40,189 nucleotides of DNA from assembly GCA_035529935.1 (NCBI GenBank), contig DATKVT010000048.1:1-40189 (forward strand), given 5' to 3'. Numbering within the stretch: the stretch's first letter is position 1; each line of letters begins with the position of its first letter. The DNA comes from Williamwhitmania sp. (GTDB lineage Bacteria; Bacteroidota; Bacteroidia; Bacteroidales; Williamwhitmaniaceae). The notes beneath the pieces were generated by a model. That model saw only the letters and a list, made by a program, of their open reading frames with translations. It was not told where the DNA came from and did no database searches. Shown one piece after another: positions 1-9,384 of this stretch. A program made the translations under genes and the position numbers.

Positions 1-988
1 GCAAATAAAGCTTCGTGCCGATCGACTCAAGGGCAAGAATCCGAATTGCTACATACTAAGCGAAACGTTACTCGAAAACATATTGAAGCATGCCGTGAGC
101 ATGAAGCCAGACCTCTTGGTGGTAGACTCCATTCAAACACTATACACCGACAGGGTTGAATCATCTCCGGGAAGTGTTTCACAGATTAGGGAAACGGCTG
201 CGAATCTGCTCAAGTTTGCCAAGGAAACGGCTACACCAATATTTATCATTGGCCACATAACGAAGGACGGAAGCCTTGCTGGCCCTAAGGTGCTGGAACA
301 CATTGTAGACGTGGTGCTCCAGTTTGAAGGCGATAACAACTTTGTATACCGAATTATTCGTGCCCACAAAAACAGGTTTGGATCCACCTCTGAGTTGGGC
401 ATATTTGAGATGCAAAACAGCGGTCTTCGTGAGGTTGAAAACCCATCGGAAATACTCATATCACACCGCTCTGAGTCGCTAAGCGGCGTTGCCATAGCTG
501 CCACCATCGACGGAATTCGCCCATTTCTTATCGAAACCCAAGCGCTGGTGAGCACCGCAGCCTACGGAACACCGCAACGATCTACCACCGGTTTTGATAT
601 TCGAAGGCTCAACATGCTGCTGGCGGTTTTGGAAAAGCGGGTGGGGTTTAAGCTAGCGTCGAAGGACGTATTTCTGAACATTGCGGGTGGGCTAAAAGTT
701 ACCGACCCCGCCATTGACCTCGCCGTAATTGCTGCAATTCTATCCTCCAACCTTGACGCTGCCCTCCCCGACGATTGCTGCTTTGCAGGTGAAGTAGGCC
801 TTTCGGGCGAAATTCGTCCCGTGACCCGGCTCGATCAGCGCATAACCGAGGCGGCTAAACTTGGCTTTAAACGGATCTTTGTATCTGGAAATTTAAAAAA
901 TATTGCAGCCAATAACACCATTCAGATTGTAACTGTTGGTCGAGTTGAGCACCTTGTAAAGCATCTTTTCTCAAACAACAGCCAATAG
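1..988 (+). CDS. radA: DNA repair protein RadA/Sms, 5'-truncated at the window edge (reading frame begins at base 2). The KNRFG motif and the Lon-like C-terminal domain are present.
   Basis: The ORF 83..988 translation contains 'HITKDGSLAGPKVLEHIVDVVLQFEGD' and 'AHKNRFG'. The frame stays open back to the window start ('QIKLRADRLKGKN...'), which is typical of the RadA core plus its C-terminal Lon-protease-like domain. Confidence 0.85.
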   Translation, partial: QIKLRADRLKGKNPNCYILSETLLENILKHAVSMKPDLLVVDSIQTLYTDRVESSPGSVSQIRETAANLLKFAKETATPIFIIGHITKDGSLAGPKVLEHIVDVVLQFEGDNNFVYRIIRAHKNRFGSTSELGIFEMQNSGLREVENPSEILISHRSESLSGVAIAATIDGIRPFLIETQALVSTAAYGTPQRSTTGFDIRRLNMLLAVLEKRVGFKLASKDVFLNIAGGLKVTDPAIDLAVIAAILSSNLDAALPDDCCFAGEVGLSGEIRPVTRLDQRITEAAKLGFKRIFVSGNLKNIAANNTIQIVTVGRVEHLVKHLFSNNSQ

Positions 989-1084
989 CTCAGTAGTACT
1001 ATTGATGTTTATTTTTGAGTGCAGATCATTCATTATAACATGTTTATCATGACACGTTACACAATTAGTTAACAATATTAATCC

Positions 1085-2338
1085 ATGAGAATTGCAGTTG
1101 TAGGTTTTGGGGCAGCAGCCATCGGCTTTATCGAAAAAATTAAAAGCACTGCTCACGAAGTTCACGTTTTTGAAAAGAGCAAAGATATCTACTCTTCCAG
1201 CATTTCGGGCATAAGAGCCGATGGCAAGTTGTTTGTGTCGTCCGAAATGGGGGGCGATATCGAAATTGACCTTGACCTGCAGAAGGTGTTAGTGGACTAC
1301 TACCTCAGCCATACCAACAATAAGCAAGTTGAAACCGGCTCTTCCTTTCGAAATAAAGAGTTCTACAAAAAGTTTTATGAGCATGGCTTTCAGCCCATAA
1401 GCTCCGACTTCTACCACATTGGCACCGATCAGCTCAAGGAGGTTCTCTTCAACATTTTTGAAGATTTCAAAAAATACAAAAATATCCACTTCCACTTCGA
1501 TCACCCCATTGACGACGTTACAATGACTGGGGATAAGACCCAGGTGAATCAGATTGGAGAATTTGACCTTGCGGTTGTTGCCGTTGGACGAAGCGGGCAT
1601 AAGCTGATAAATAGGCTCATTACAAAGTATCCCGACCTTGTTCTGGATAATACCAAGGTAGACTTGGGCATTCGCTATGAACTCCCAAACCATATAGTAG
1701 AGGAGCTAAACAAGGAGATGTATGAATTTAAAGTTCGTTACAAGAGCAAAACAGGCTACATGGTGCGAACCTTTTGCAATAATCCTTCGGGATACGTAGT
1801 TACCGAAAACTATGGCGATTTTACAACGGTTAATGGACATGCTAAAATGCGGGAGAAGAGTGGCAATACCAACTTTGCCATTCTCACCACCCTTGTGCTA
1901 ACCGAGCCGTTTAACGATCCAATTGGCTATGGTTCGTACATCGCCAAGCTATCCAACCTCCTTGCCGGTGAAAATAGAGTGATCCTTCAAACCTATAGTC
2001 ACTTTAAAGATTCAAAGCGGACAAAAAACTTGTACCGTGTAAAACCAACCCTTCCAGAGAAAAATTACATTTTAGGTGACATCAACCTAGCCTTTCCACG
2101 AAGGATAATGGAGAGCATAATAGACTTTATTGAAAAGTTAGAGGAGGTTATCCCGGGAGTTGCCAATAACGACAACCTAGTCTACGCTCCAGAAATTAAG
2201 TTTTACTCCAACAAACTGAACAACCAACTCTACCCTCAGCTGAAGTTTATTGGAGATAGTTCCGGAGCCACTCGTTCAATTATTTATGCCACTGCCCACG
2301 GCTATATTTTGGGCGAAGAAATTCTGAAAAGAGTATAG
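1085..2338 (+). CDS. FAD-dependent oxidoreductase (COG2509-like uncharacterised FAD dehydrogenase)
   Basis: N-terminal Rossmann 'RIAVVGFGAAAIGF'; internal 'FCNNPSGYVVTENYGDFTTVNGHA', resembling the FCxxPGGyVV motif of COG2509 proteins; 417 aa. Confidence 0.55.
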   Translation: MRIAVVGFGAAAIGFIEKIKSTAHEVHVFEKSKDIYSSSISGIRADGKLFVSSEMGGDIEIDLDLQKVLVDYYLSHTNNKQVETGSSFRNKEFYKKFYEHGFQPISSDFYHIGTDQLKEVLFNIFEDFKKYKNIHFHFDHPIDDVTMTGDKTQVNQIGEFDLAVVAVGRSGHKLINRLITKYPDLVLDNTKVDLGIRYELPNHIVEELNKEMYEFKVRYKSKTGYMVRTFCNNPSGYVVTENYGDFTTVNGHAKMREKSGNTNFAILTTLVLTEPFNDPIGYGSYIAKLSNLLAGENRVILQTYSHFKDSKRTKNLYRVKPTLPEKNYILGDINLAFPRRIMESIIDFIEKLEEVIPGVANNDNLVYAPEIKFYSNKLNNQLYPQLKFIGDSSGATRSIIYATAHGYILGEEILKRV

Positions 2339-2350
2339 TAACAAAAAAAA

Positions 2351-2390
2351 GAGGCTGCTCATAATTGAGTCAGCCTCTTACCATTTTTTT
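2351..2390. terminator. Bidirectional rho-independent terminator between convergent genes
   Basis: GAGGCTG-(13 nt loop)-CAGCCTC stem flanked by an A-run on the 5' side and a TTTTTTT run on the 3' side; it lies between the + oxidoreductase stop and the - nifU-like stop. Confidence 0.6.
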
Positions 2391-2399
2391 AAACGATAG

Positions 2400-2645
2400 T
2401 TACAAGTCTACTGCAACAACCTCCTTAATTTCCGGTACGTCGCGCCGAATGGCTTGCTCAACACCGTTTCGTAAGGTCATCAAGCTGTAAGGACAGCTAC
2501 CACAAGCACCCTGCAGGTGAACCTTAACCACCATTTCGGGTGTAACCTCAACAAGGCTAATGTCGCCACCATCATTCTGAAGGTAAGGCCTAACCACGTT
2601 TATGGAATTCTGAACCCGCTCAGTAATATCATTCATATCTGCCAT
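2400..2645 (-). CDS. NifU-like Fe-S cluster assembly domain protein (Nfu-type)
   Basis: 81 aa, 'GACGSCPYS' CxxC motif of the NifU C-terminal domain; adjacent to mrp/apbC, as is common. Confidence 0.8.
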   Translation of the reverse strand: MADMNDITERVQNSINVVRPYLQNDGGDISLVEVTPEMVVKVHLQGACGSCPYSLMTLRNGVEQAIRRDVPEIKEVVAVDL

Positions 2646-2656
2646 TTTCTGAATTA

Positions 2657-3772
2657 TTATCGCGTTTTGATTTCAACGCGCTTTGTTGGTTCAAGGTTTT
2701 TATTTCGAAGTTCAATTTGGTCAAGAAATTTTTCTGCCAACAAATGGAACGCTTTTCCCGAAATGGTATCCTGCGTTGCTATCGGAGATCCAGAATCTCC
2801 GCCTTCGCGAATACCTTGCACAAGTGGGATCTGACCTAATAGCGGTAGTTTCATACGTTCAGCAAGATGGCGGCAACCGTCTTTCCCAAAGATGTAGTAT
2901 TTATTGTTTGGTAGCTCTTCTGGTGTAAACCACGCCATATTTTCCACCAAGCCAAGGATGGGAACATTAATGCCCTTGGTTGTAAACATACTGATTCCTT
3001 TAACTGCATCGGCCAGAGCAACATCCTGCGGCGTGCTCACGATGATGGCCCCGGTAACAGCCGCCTCCTGAACTATGGTGAGATGAATATCGCCCGTTCC
3101 GGGAGGAAGATCCAGCATTAGAAAATCGAGCTCTCCCCAATTTCCTTGGTTGAGCAGCTGGCGCAATGCACTGGTTGCCATGGGGCCACGCCATACAAGC
3201 GCCTCGTCGGGATTAACAAAGAAACCAACAGACAAAACCTTTACTCCATGGGCATCAACCGGGTCAATAAGATCCTGCCCATCAACTACGGTTACGCTAG
3301 GTCGAACACCCTCAATGTTGAACATCTTTGGCATGGATGGTCCATAAACGTCGGCATCGAGCAAGCCAACCTTGTAACCCAATCGGGCAAGGGAAACGGC
3401 AAGGTTTGAAGCAATGGTCGATTTACCAACACCGCCTTTGCCCGAGGCAATGGCTACAATATTTTTAACTTGGTGAATTCCGGAAATCACACTCTTTTTT
3501 GCCTCCTTAGGATTCGCCTGTGGGGTCTTTACCAACTCCAGAATACTTACAACGATGGCATCACCAAACTCCTGCTTAATAATAGTTTCACATTGCTTCT
3601 TGATCCCGCTTGCAAAGGGATCTTTTACCTTCTTAAAAACTAAGCTGAATGACACCTTTTGCTCGTCCACGTTAAGGTTCTCTACAAAGCCAAGCGAAAC
3701 AATATCAGAGCCAAATTCCGGGTGGATTACCTTCCCCAGAATAGCCATTACGTTATTTTTATCAAGTTTCAT
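2657..3772 (-). CDS. apbC: Mrp/ApbC/NBP35-family iron-sulfur cluster carrier ATPase
   Basis: N-terminal DUF59-like domain, deviant Walker A 'ASGKGGVGKST', and 'CxxC'-region architecture typical of Mrp/ApbC; 371 aa. Confidence 0.9.
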   Translation of the reverse strand: MKLDKNNVMAILGKVIHPEFGSDIVSLGFVENLNVDEQKVSFSLVFKKVKDPFASGIKKQCETIIKQEFGDAIVVSILELVKTPQANPKEAKKSVISGIHQVKNIVAIASGKGGVGKSTIASNLAVSLARLGYKVGLLDADVYGPSMPKMFNIEGVRPSVTVVDGQDLIDPVDAHGVKVLSVGFFVNPDEALVWRGPMATSALRQLLNQGNWGELDFLMLDLPPGTGDIHLTIVQEAAVTGAIIVSTPQDVALADAVKGISMFTTKGINVPILGLVENMAWFTPEELPNNKYYIFGKDGCRHLAERMKLPLLGQIPLVQGIREGGDSGSPIATQDTISGKAFHLLAEKFLDQIELRNKNLEPTKRVEIKTR

Positions 3773-3823
3773 TTGATTGTTATTTACGGTAGTAACCGAT
3801 TAATTGGTAATATGTTTGTTTAA

Positions 3824-4192
3824 TTATTCAAACGTAAGTTCTTTACTCGGATCCCAGAAGAGCTTTTCGAATTCAACCACTTTACTTTCGAATACCTCAA
3901 TACCTTCTCCTTCGAGCAGCTGCTCCATGGTGTCCTCTCCCGGGAAATGGTGTTGTCCCGAAAGAAGTCCAACGCGATTTACAACCCGATGGGCAGGCAG
4001 GAATTCGTCTAAATGATGGCAACCATTTAGGGCCCAACCAACCATCCGGGAAGATTTGGCACTGCCCAAATACCTTGCAATGGCGCCATAGGTCGTAACC
4101 CTGCCAACCGGAATTAATCGGGTGACTTCGTAGACTCGTTCAAAGAAATTGCTCTTCGAATTGTCGGGGTTCCTCAATTGGTTTTGGGCCAT
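3824..4192 (-). CDS. MGMT-family DNA-binding domain protein, alkyltransferase-like (ATL): active-site Cys replaced by Ala ('PAHRVV')
   Basis: 122 aa with only the C-terminal O6-alkylguanine-binding domain. It has the conserved 'TYGAIA', 'PAHRVVN' and 'G.LLSG' elements, but Ala sits where the catalytic Cys of PCHRV would be. Confidence 0.65.
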   Translation of the reverse strand: MAQNQLRNPDNSKSNFFERVYEVTRLIPVGRVTTYGAIARYLGSAKSSRMVGWALNGCHHLDEFLPAHRVVNRVGLLSGQHHFPGEDTMEQLLEGEGIEVFESKVVEFEKLFWDPSKELTFE

Positions 4193-4856
4193 CGATCCTG
4201 AACTGTAAATATGTTATGCACATTCCCTTTTCTAAAAACTGCGATTCATAGAAAGTGCGAATGCCAAGAATAGGATCGTCTTTAACCGATCCGTAAAGAT
4301 CTTCGGTAGCAACAAAAATTTCCAAACCATTCTCCTCGGCCAGCGCCTTGGTGTAGCGGTGTAGATTCAGGTTGTCGGTTTTAAGATGAACAACGCCACC
4401 GGGTTTTAGGAATGCCCGATAGCTGTTGAGAAACCGGCTTGAGGTTAACCGCTTTTTAATTCGAGTAGCCTTAAGCTGCGGATCGGGAAAGGTTATCCAA
4501 ATCTCAGAAACCTCGTTAGGGTTGAAGAATGAATTGATAAACTCAATCCTTGTGCGCAAAAAGGCGGCATTGGCAATTCCCTCCTCTACGATGGTTTTGG
4601 CGCCGCGCCACAAGCGTGCACCCTTTATATCGACACCCAAAAAGTTTTTATCCTTAAATCTGCGCGAAAGGCCAACGGTGTATTCTCCCTTACCACAGCC
4701 CAACTCCAGCACAATGGGATAGCCATTCTGGAATACCTCCTCGTTCCATTTTCCTTTACCAGCGTAATCTCTCCGAAAAACTTCATCAAATTCTGGCTGA
4801 AACAAATTCTTGAATCCAAGGTTTTCCTCGAACCGCATAAGTTTATTCTTTCCCAC
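4140..4856 (-). CDS. trmB: tRNA (guanine46-N7)-methyltransferase
   Basis: SAM-binding 'VLELGCGKGEYTVGLS', 'FLGVDIKG', 'ITFPDP' motifs; 238 aa. Its 3' end overlaps the downstream ATL gene by about 50 nt. Confidence 0.85.
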   Translation of the reverse strand: MGKNKLMRFEENLGFKNLFQPEFDEVFRRDYAGKGKWNEEVFQNGYPIVLELGCGKGEYTVGLSRRFKDKNFLGVDIKGARLWRGAKTIVEEGIANAAFLRTRIEFINSFFNPNEVSEIWITFPDPQLKATRIKKRLTSSRFLNSYRAFLKPGGVVHLKTDNLNLHRYTKALAEENGLEIFVATEDLYGSVKDDPILGIRTFYESQFLEKGMCITYLQFRIDGPKPIEEPRQFEEQFL

Positions 4857-4871
4857 TGTAACTTAACCCAT

Positions 4872-5357
4872 TTAATCGTTTACCTTTTCTACGCGCACGC
4901 CAAATTTTGCAATACCCTCCAGCGACTTCTCGCGCATTCCCTGAACTACAGATATGGTATAGGTCCCCGGAAATGGAAATTTTATCATCATCCGATATGG
5001 GTAGCGCAAGTCATAGAAGTTCGAAATACCTTTCCCATACCATTTGCCTTGATTATCGGCAAGAGGAACTTCAAGGGTATCGCGAACAAGTGCACCCTTG
5101 GGTGAGGTGGTAGTAACAAACAGAAACAGGTTGGCGTAGCGGTAGCCGCTTGAGTTTCGTATGGTAAAAAGAATATTCTGCACAGAAATTGTATCACTTA
5201 CTGGAAGTTGAAATACGAGGCTATCATTGGCCTGCCACTCGTTGTGCGGAATGTCTTTAATTTCTTCATAAACCATGTTTCTATCGCACGCCACCATTGC
5301 AATTGCGGCAAGTGCAATAAGCAGCCATTGGCTACTCGCTTTTCTGATTACGGTCAT
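4872..5357 (-). CDS. gldH: Gliding-motility lipoprotein GldH-like (start chosen at the internal Met preceding the lipobox)
   Basis: About 160-aa protein with signal peptide and lipobox ('LLIALAAIAMVAC|D'). It lies immediately downstream of holB and the PSP1 gene, which is the conserved Bacteroidetes holB–PSP1–gldH arrangement. Identification is from synteny, size and lipoprotein character, not from a recalled sequence alignment. Confidence 0.5.
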   Translation of the reverse strand: MTVIRKASSQWLLIALAAIAMVACDRNMVYEEIKDIPHNEWQANDSLVFQLPVSDTISVQNILFTIRNSSGYRYANLFLFVTTTSPKGALVRDTLEVPLADNQGKWYGKGISNFYDLRYPYRMMIKFPFPGTYTISVVQGMREKSLEGIAKFGVRVEKVND

Positions 5358-6525
5358 TGGGTAGTCTTCTTTTTGGACGTTTACGCTTATGCTTATTTTG
5401 CTGATTGCGGGATTCATCAAACCGGGTTATGCTATCCTGCCCAATAACGTTGTGAAAATCGGGTTCCACTTCCGGTTGTTTAGAGGTGGAAGATATCTCC
5501 ACAACTATGGGTTCACAAAGCATATCAACCTTCACTCCCTGCTTATTCTGACTAACAATCTCCTTTACTCGGTCTACAGGTACAGGAGTGATGTTTACAA
5601 TTGTATTGGGGTCGAAGCTGTACCACATAATACGTTTAAAAATATCGGTCTTCACGTGGTATGCCGTTCCATCCTTTGTCTCGAGAGGTATGGTTGTTCT
5701 GGGAAAATCTTTCTGTGCATCAATGTAGCTGTCGAGCTCGTAGTTTAGGCAGCACTTGAGTTTACCACACTGTCCGGCCAACTTTTGTGGATTGAGCGAT
5801 ATTTCCTGGTATCGAGCAGAATTTGTTGTCACAGAAACAAAGTTTGTAATCCAGCCTGAGCAACAAAGTTCACGACCGCAGGAGCCGATGCCACCAATTC
5901 GCCCCGCCTCTTGGCGAGCACCAATCTGGCGCATCTCAATGCGAACCTTAAACTCCTCTGCCAAAACTTTAATTAACTCCCGAAAATCAACACGTTCATC
6001 AGCGATATAGTAGAATATGGCTTTGGTCTTATCACCCTGAAACTCCACATCGCCAATCTTCATGTTCAGCTTGAGCGAATTGGCTATTTGCCGAGCTTTA
6101 ATCATGGTGGTGTGTTCCATGCTAATAGCTTCCTCCCACTTCTGAATGTCTACAGATTTTGCCTTCCGGTAAACCTTCTTCATTTCAGCGCTGGACAGGT
6201 CAACGCCAAATTTGGCTGCCTGAAATCGCACCAGTTCGCCAGTTAGCGAAACAATGCCAATGTCGTGTCCCGGCGATGCCTCAACGGCAACGATATCACC
6301 CTTTGAAAGATTTAACTTATTTGCGTTCCGGTAAAAACTCTTGCGCGTATTTTTGAACCGAATCTCTACAACATCAAACTCGATGCCCGTGGTGGGTAGA
6401 TCGTTTAGCCAATCGTAGGTAGCTAGCTTATGACAACCCTCTTTTTGGGTACTTACAAGCTCCCCTTGCTCATTTTCAGAAAAGCCACAACCTCTGCAGC
6501 AATCCGATGTATATGGTTTAGACAT
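5332..6525 (-). CDS. PSP1 C-terminal domain protein (RicT/YaaT-like, stage 0 sporulation family)
   Basis: Conserved PSP1 core ('GDIVAVEASPGHDIGIV', 'CGRELCC', 'GQCGKLKCCLNYE'), 397 aa with a K/R-rich C-tail. Confidence 0.8.
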   Translation of the reverse strand: MSKPYTSDCCRGCGFSENEQGELVSTQKEGCHKLATYDWLNDLPTTGIEFDVVEIRFKNTRKSFYRNANKLNLSKGDIVAVEASPGHDIGIVSLTGELVRFQAAKFGVDLSSAEMKKVYRKAKSVDIQKWEEAISMEHTTMIKARQIANSLKLNMKIGDVEFQGDKTKAIFYYIADERVDFRELIKVLAEEFKVRIEMRQIGARQEAGRIGGIGSCGRELCCSGWITNFVSVTTNSARYQEISLNPQKLAGQCGKLKCCLNYELDSYIDAQKDFPRTTIPLETKDGTAYHVKTDIFKRIMWYSFDPNTIVNITPVPVDRVKEIVSQNKQGVKVDMLCEPIVVEISSTSKQPEVEPDFHNVIGQDSITRFDESRNQQNKHKRKRPKRRLPNDRNQKSE

Positions 6526-6646
6526 TATTCCTCAGGTTTATATTATTATCTGGTATTTACTGAAACCAGCTGCATTAAAAGCTGTTATGGCACATCTGCC
6601 ATGCTCCACAATACCATACCTTATACTATTCAACTTGCAAAATTAG

Positions 6647-7780
6647 CTATTTTTTAGAGTTTATGACTTTTACCATCTTTAGAACCAAATCGGTAAAAAT
6701 GACCTTAGGATTACCGTTTTGGCTAATCTGAAGAAAGGCAAGATTCATCTCCCTATATATCACCTGGGCAACTCCTGCTGGAATGTAAGGGGAAAAGTTG
6801 GTAACAAAGACCTCTTCGTTCTTTCCTGGAAAGGCAAGATCAGTAAGTCCCATGTTGGTCATAAGGCTATCGCGGGTAAGTTTTTCAGCATACTCAAAAA
6901 AGTTTTTTTGCCGCTCTCTACCCATGGAGGCCATCTCCTCCGCCCACTCCATCAACCCCAAGACATCCTTCTTATACGACAACCTCATCATTTGCTGAAA
7001 TGCCTCAAACCAGTTTATGCTCTGGCTGCCATCGGCTGCCAACTGCTGGGCAAGTGCAAAGTTACCATTGGCAATTCGAGCAATGGATTGGGCCATAAAA
7101 GGCTCAACGGCCAGCCGATCCTCCAGCGCGGATGCTAAACTCTGACGATCGATATGGGGAACCTTTATAAGCTGTGTTCGCGAAAGAATGGTTTTGATAA
7201 TTCGTTCCGAGTTTTCAGAAACGAGCATAAAAAGTGTTTTTTCGGGGGGCTCCTCAATTAACTTGAGCAACTTATTTGCCGAAACCTCGTTCATACGCTC
7301 CGGTAGCCATATTACAACCACCTTATATTCCGACTCAAACGACTTGAGGCTTAGCTTACGAATTATTTCCGACGCTTCGTTTTTACTAATGCTACCCTGC
7401 TTATTCTCTATCCCAATATATTCATACCACTTGTTCTCGCTAAAGTATGGCGACAAAAGAAACAGCTCACGCCATTTGGCAAGAAAATGATCGCTGCGCA
7501 CATCCTTGTCAGAATCTTTGGTGGTGTTAACGGGAAAAATAAAATGAAGATCTGGATGTATTAACTTTTGATACTTCTTGCAGGAGTGGCACGTTCCGCA
7601 GGAATCATTTTCTGTTGGGTTTTCGCAGCAAACCAGCTGACCATAGGCAATAGCCAAGGCGAGATTTCCAGATCCCTCCGGACCTAGAAAGAGCAATGCA
7701 TGTGGAATTCTACCCTCTTTTACCGTCTGTATCAGCTGTTGCTTAACCTGCTCCTGCCCAACTATATCGCGAAAGAACAT
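6647..7780 (-). CDS. holB: DNA polymerase III delta' subunit
   Basis: 'GQEQVKQQL...GRIPHALLFLGPEGSGNLALA' clamp-loader Walker A-like motif plus Zn-module cysteines 'CGTCHSCKK'; 377 aa. Confidence 0.8.
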   Translation of the reverse strand: MFFRDIVGQEQVKQQLIQTVKEGRIPHALLFLGPEGSGNLALAIAYGQLVCCENPTENDSCGTCHSCKKYQKLIHPDLHFIFPVNTTKDSDKDVRSDHFLAKWRELFLLSPYFSENKWYEYIGIENKQGSISKNEASEIIRKLSLKSFESEYKVVVIWLPERMNEVSANKLLKLIEEPPEKTLFMLVSENSERIIKTILSRTQLIKVPHIDRQSLASALEDRLAVEPFMAQSIARIANGNFALAQQLAADGSQSINWFEAFQQMMRLSYKKDVLGLMEWAEEMASMGRERQKNFFEYAEKLTRDSLMTNMGLTDLAFPGKNEEVFVTNFSPYIPAGVAQVIYREMNLAFLQISQNGNPKVIFTDLVLKMVKVINSKK

Positions 7781-7977
7781 TACTCTGCAATTTTGTGTTT
7801 TGAAAAATAGCTAAATGGTGCTCAAAGTTAACAAAAATAGTTAGAGCATTACGGAAACGATTCCGTAGAAAAATTGCGGACTCTCGCCTCTGTTATCGTC
7901 AAAACACTACTTTTTTGCGTAACTTTACCGTTCAGATTCGACAGAGACTTATTTCACGATAATAAACAAATTAAGCT

Positions 7978-9237
7978 ATGGTAACAATTGACAGCTACAA
8001 TTTTGCGGGGAAGAAGGCAATCGTTAGGGTTGACTTTAATGTGCCGCTCAACAAGCAAACACTAGAAGTAACCGATGATACGCGCATCCGTGGAGCCTTA
8101 CAAACCATTCAGAAAATTGTTAAGGACGGAGGTTCTGCCATCCTAATGTCGCACCTTGGACGTCCGTCTGGAGTGGAGGCAAAGTATTCGCTAAAACCGG
8201 TAATTACAGTTCTTTCTAAGCTGCTTGGTGGTAAGGAAGTTAAGTTTGCCGACGATTGTATGGGTGAATCGGCTAAAAAAATGACTGCTGCTCTCAAGCC
8301 GGGAGAAGTTCTCCTGCTTGAGAATCTTCGATACTATGAAGAGGAAGAGGGAAAGCCTCGCCTTCCAGACACGGCTACCGACGAGGAGAAAAAAGCTGCA
8401 AAGGCCGGAGTGAAGGAAAAGCAAAAAGAGTTTACCAAGCAGCTGGCCAGCTATGCCGATTGCTATGTTAACGATGCCTTTGGAACTGCCCACCGTGCTC
8501 ATGCATCCACCGCGCTCATTGCGCAATATTTCCCTGGCAATAGTATGTTTGGCTACCTTATCGAAAGCGAACTTAAGGCCATGGACAAGGTGCTCAAGGC
8601 TCCTGAAAAACCATTTACTGCAATTATGGGTGGTGCCAAGGTTTCCGACAAGATTTTACTCATTGAAAATCTCCTAAACCGCGTTGACAACCTAATTATT
8701 GGTGGCGGTATGACCTACACCTTTATTAAGGCTCAAGGTGGCAAGATTGGGAAGTCGCTGTGCGAGGAGGATAAGCTCGACCTAGCTTTGGAACTGCTGA
8801 AGAAGGCAAAAGAAAAAGGGGTTAATGTATATCTCCCCGTCGACGCCATTAACGCCGATGCCTTCGACGCCAATGCCAACACCCAAATCACCAAAATTGA
8901 CGAAACACCGGAAGGCTGGATGGGTCTCGATATTGCCGACAAGTCCATCAAAATATTCAGCGATGTAATTGAGAACTCTAAAACCATTCTTTGGAACGGT
9001 CCCATGGGTGTATTTGAAATGGACAAGTTTGCCAAGGGAACTTCCTCAATTGCACAATCCATTGCCCGTGCTACAGCAAAGGGTGCATTTAGCTTGATTG
9101 GCGGCGGTGACTCCGTGGCAGCTATCAACAAAAACAAGTTGGCCGACAAGGTTAGCTACGTTTCCACCGGTGGCGGTGCCATGCTCGAATACATGGAGGG
9201 CAAAGAGCTTCCAGGTATCAAAACCATTAGAGGTTAA
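7978..9237 (+). CDS. pgk: Phosphoglycerate kinase
   Basis: Full-length PGK signature ('[14 protein letters not shown]', 'GGGDS', 'STGGGA'), 419 aa, with the longer Bacteroidetes-type acidic/lysine-rich insertion after the '[12 protein letters not shown]' region. Confidence 0.95.
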   Translation: MVTIDSYNFAGKKAIVRVDFNVPLNKQTLEVTDDTRIRGALQTIQKIVKDGGSAILMSHLGRPSGVEAKYSLKPVITVLSKLLGGKEVKFADDCMGESAKKMTAALKPGEVLLLENLRYYEEEEGKPRLPDTATDEEKKAAKAGVKEKQKEFTKQLASYADCYVNDAFGTAHRAHASTALIAQYFPGNSMFGYLIESELKAMDKVLKAPEKPFTAIMGGAKVSDKILLIENLLNRVDNLIIGGGMTYTFIKAQGGKIGKSLCEEDKLDLALELLKKAKEKGVNVYLPVDAINADAFDANANTQITKIDETPEGWMGLDIADKSIKIFSDVIENSKTILWNGPMGVFEMDKFAKGTSSIAQSIARATAKGAFSLIGGGDSVAAINKNKLADKVSYVSTGGGAMLEYMEGKELPGIKTIRG

Positions 9238-9254
9238 TAGCATTCCTCATACTT

Positions 9255-9292
9255 ACAGGCAGGTTCAGGACTTTCTGAACCTGCTTTTTTTA
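9255..9292 (+). terminator. Rho-independent terminator of pgk
   Basis: AGGCAGGTTCAG-(loop)-CTGAACCTGCT stem followed by TTTTTTT. Confidence 0.55.
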
Positions 9293-9384
9293 TGGAGTAA
9301 TCGAGCACAACTTTATCATTGTGCAAATTTTTAACTTTGCACAAACTTTGGCTGATATACGCTAAGGTTTCAACACTAAAATGA

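Noticed and set aside
133-555. Antisense ORFs inside radA (133..555, 179..415, 562..750). There are many similar 60–140-aa ORFs on the opposite strand of pgk, topA, mrcA, the flotillin gene and others.
   Set aside because: They lie wholly within well-supported genes on the opposite strand, have no recognisable motifs, and are typical shadow ORFs.
8340-8460. Acidic/lysine-rich insertion in PGK after '[12 protein letters not shown]'
   Set aside because: A PGK of about 419 aa with this insertion is the normal Bacteroidetes form, not a novel insertion.
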